Positions 16,332 through 16,746 of a stretch of 16,746 nt of DNA are shown here, piece after piece. A program made the position numbers and the translations under genes. The notes under the pieces were generated by a model. The model saw only the letters and a list, made by a program, of their open reading frames with translations. It had not been told where the DNA came from and did no database searches. Within the stretch, counting starts at the first letter, position 1, and each line of letters begins with the position of its first letter. The stretch lies in the IMG/VR virus record IMGVR_UViG_3300032167_007519. One strand, given 5' to 3'. The stretch comes from a virus (Duplodnaviria > Heunggongvirae > Uroviricota > Caudoviricetes).

Positions 16332-16746
16332 TTATTCGTGCTCTAATCTCCAATTAATACTACGCTGTAAATAGTCTACATAATCTGGGTTCTTGCACAT
16401 ACCTTTCCCCGGAGCGTCACTGATTTTCGCAACATCTCGACCATTACATGTCGTAACCTTCATAACGATGTTAAGAGGTTTTACACAAGTATCATTGCTC
16501 AAATAGGTACCAATACCAAATGCTACGTTAATTTTTGGATTAAAATAACGGAACAAGGTGTCTGCTTTTTCAAAATCTAAGCTATCAGAGAACAACAGGG
16601 TCTTGGTCTTAGGGTTAATTCCTAATTCTTCATAAGCTTTGATAAACTTTTCTCCCCATTCAATAGGGTCTCCACTGTCATGTCTCACACCAGAGAATAA
16701 AGTAGCAATTTCATCGTCAAAATCTCTTAAGAATAAATCAGAGCCA
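16332..16746 (-). CDS. pncB: Nicotinate phosphoribosyltransferase, C-terminal part (5' end beyond the window)
   Basis: Frame is open to the window edge (GSDLFLRDFDDEIATLFSGVRHDSGDP); motifs RHDSGDP, FSDSL, FGIGT, LNIVMK and AKISDAPGK. Confidence 0.93.
   Translation of the reverse strand, partial: GSDLFLRDFDDEIATLFSGVRHDSGDPIEWGEKFIKAYEELGINPKTKTLLFSDSLDFEKADTLFRYFNPKINVAFGIGTYLSNDTCVKPLNIVMKVTTCNGRDVAKISDAPGKGMCKNPDYVDYLQRSINWRLEHE

Larger units (their letters stand above)
1..16746 (-). mobile_element. Segment of a large temperate phage or integrative/extrachromosomal element of a low-GC Firmicute; boundaries lie outside the window
   Basis: int-xis-att module, uniform minus-strand orientation, many short hypothetical ORFs with strong SD sites, accessory genes (pncA/pncB, solo HD hydrolase, solo DUF262), no core housekeeping synteny. 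No structural or conjugation genes are in the window, so the element class is unresolved. Confidence 0.7.

Noticed and set aside
16332-16746. Calling the phosphoribosyltransferase Nampt, and hence NARP2
   Set aside because: RHDSGDP, LNIVMK and KISDAPGK fit the nicotinate-specific PncB, and the adjacent nicotinamidase fits the deamidating route.
1-16746. tRNA, rRNA or tmRNA genes, including as the integration target
   Set aside because: No cloverleaf, T-loop or rRNA-like segment was seen; the att core looks like a protein-coding 3' end.

Overview
AT-rich, Firmicutes-like (probably Lachnospiraceae-type) DNA in which every credible gene lies on the minus strand. It looks like part of a large temperate phage or integrative/extrachromosomal element rather than core chromosome. 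In transcription order (right to left): (1) an operon with pncB (partial), two small genes, pncA, a stand-alone SpoT/Mesh1-like HD hydrolase and an AAA+ ATPase, closed by a terminator; (2) a block of small phage-like hypothetical genes ending in a solo DUF262 protein, including a 15-codon leader ORF lying over a long RBS-sequestering hairpin; (3) a lipoprotein, a membrane protein, a chemoreceptor and a zinc-finger/excisionase-type HTH gene, then a second chemoreceptor followed by a Tn916-type Xis and tyrosine integrase; (4) an att region with arm-type repeats on both sides of an orphan gene 3' end plus terminator, consistent with an unintegrated attP; (5) an L33-like zinc-ribbon gene and an XRE-like regulator. 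Blocks 2 and 3 are each preceded by an upstream terminator plus the same TCCG-N5-23-bp motif. Family assignments come from motif recognition by eye; no database search was run.
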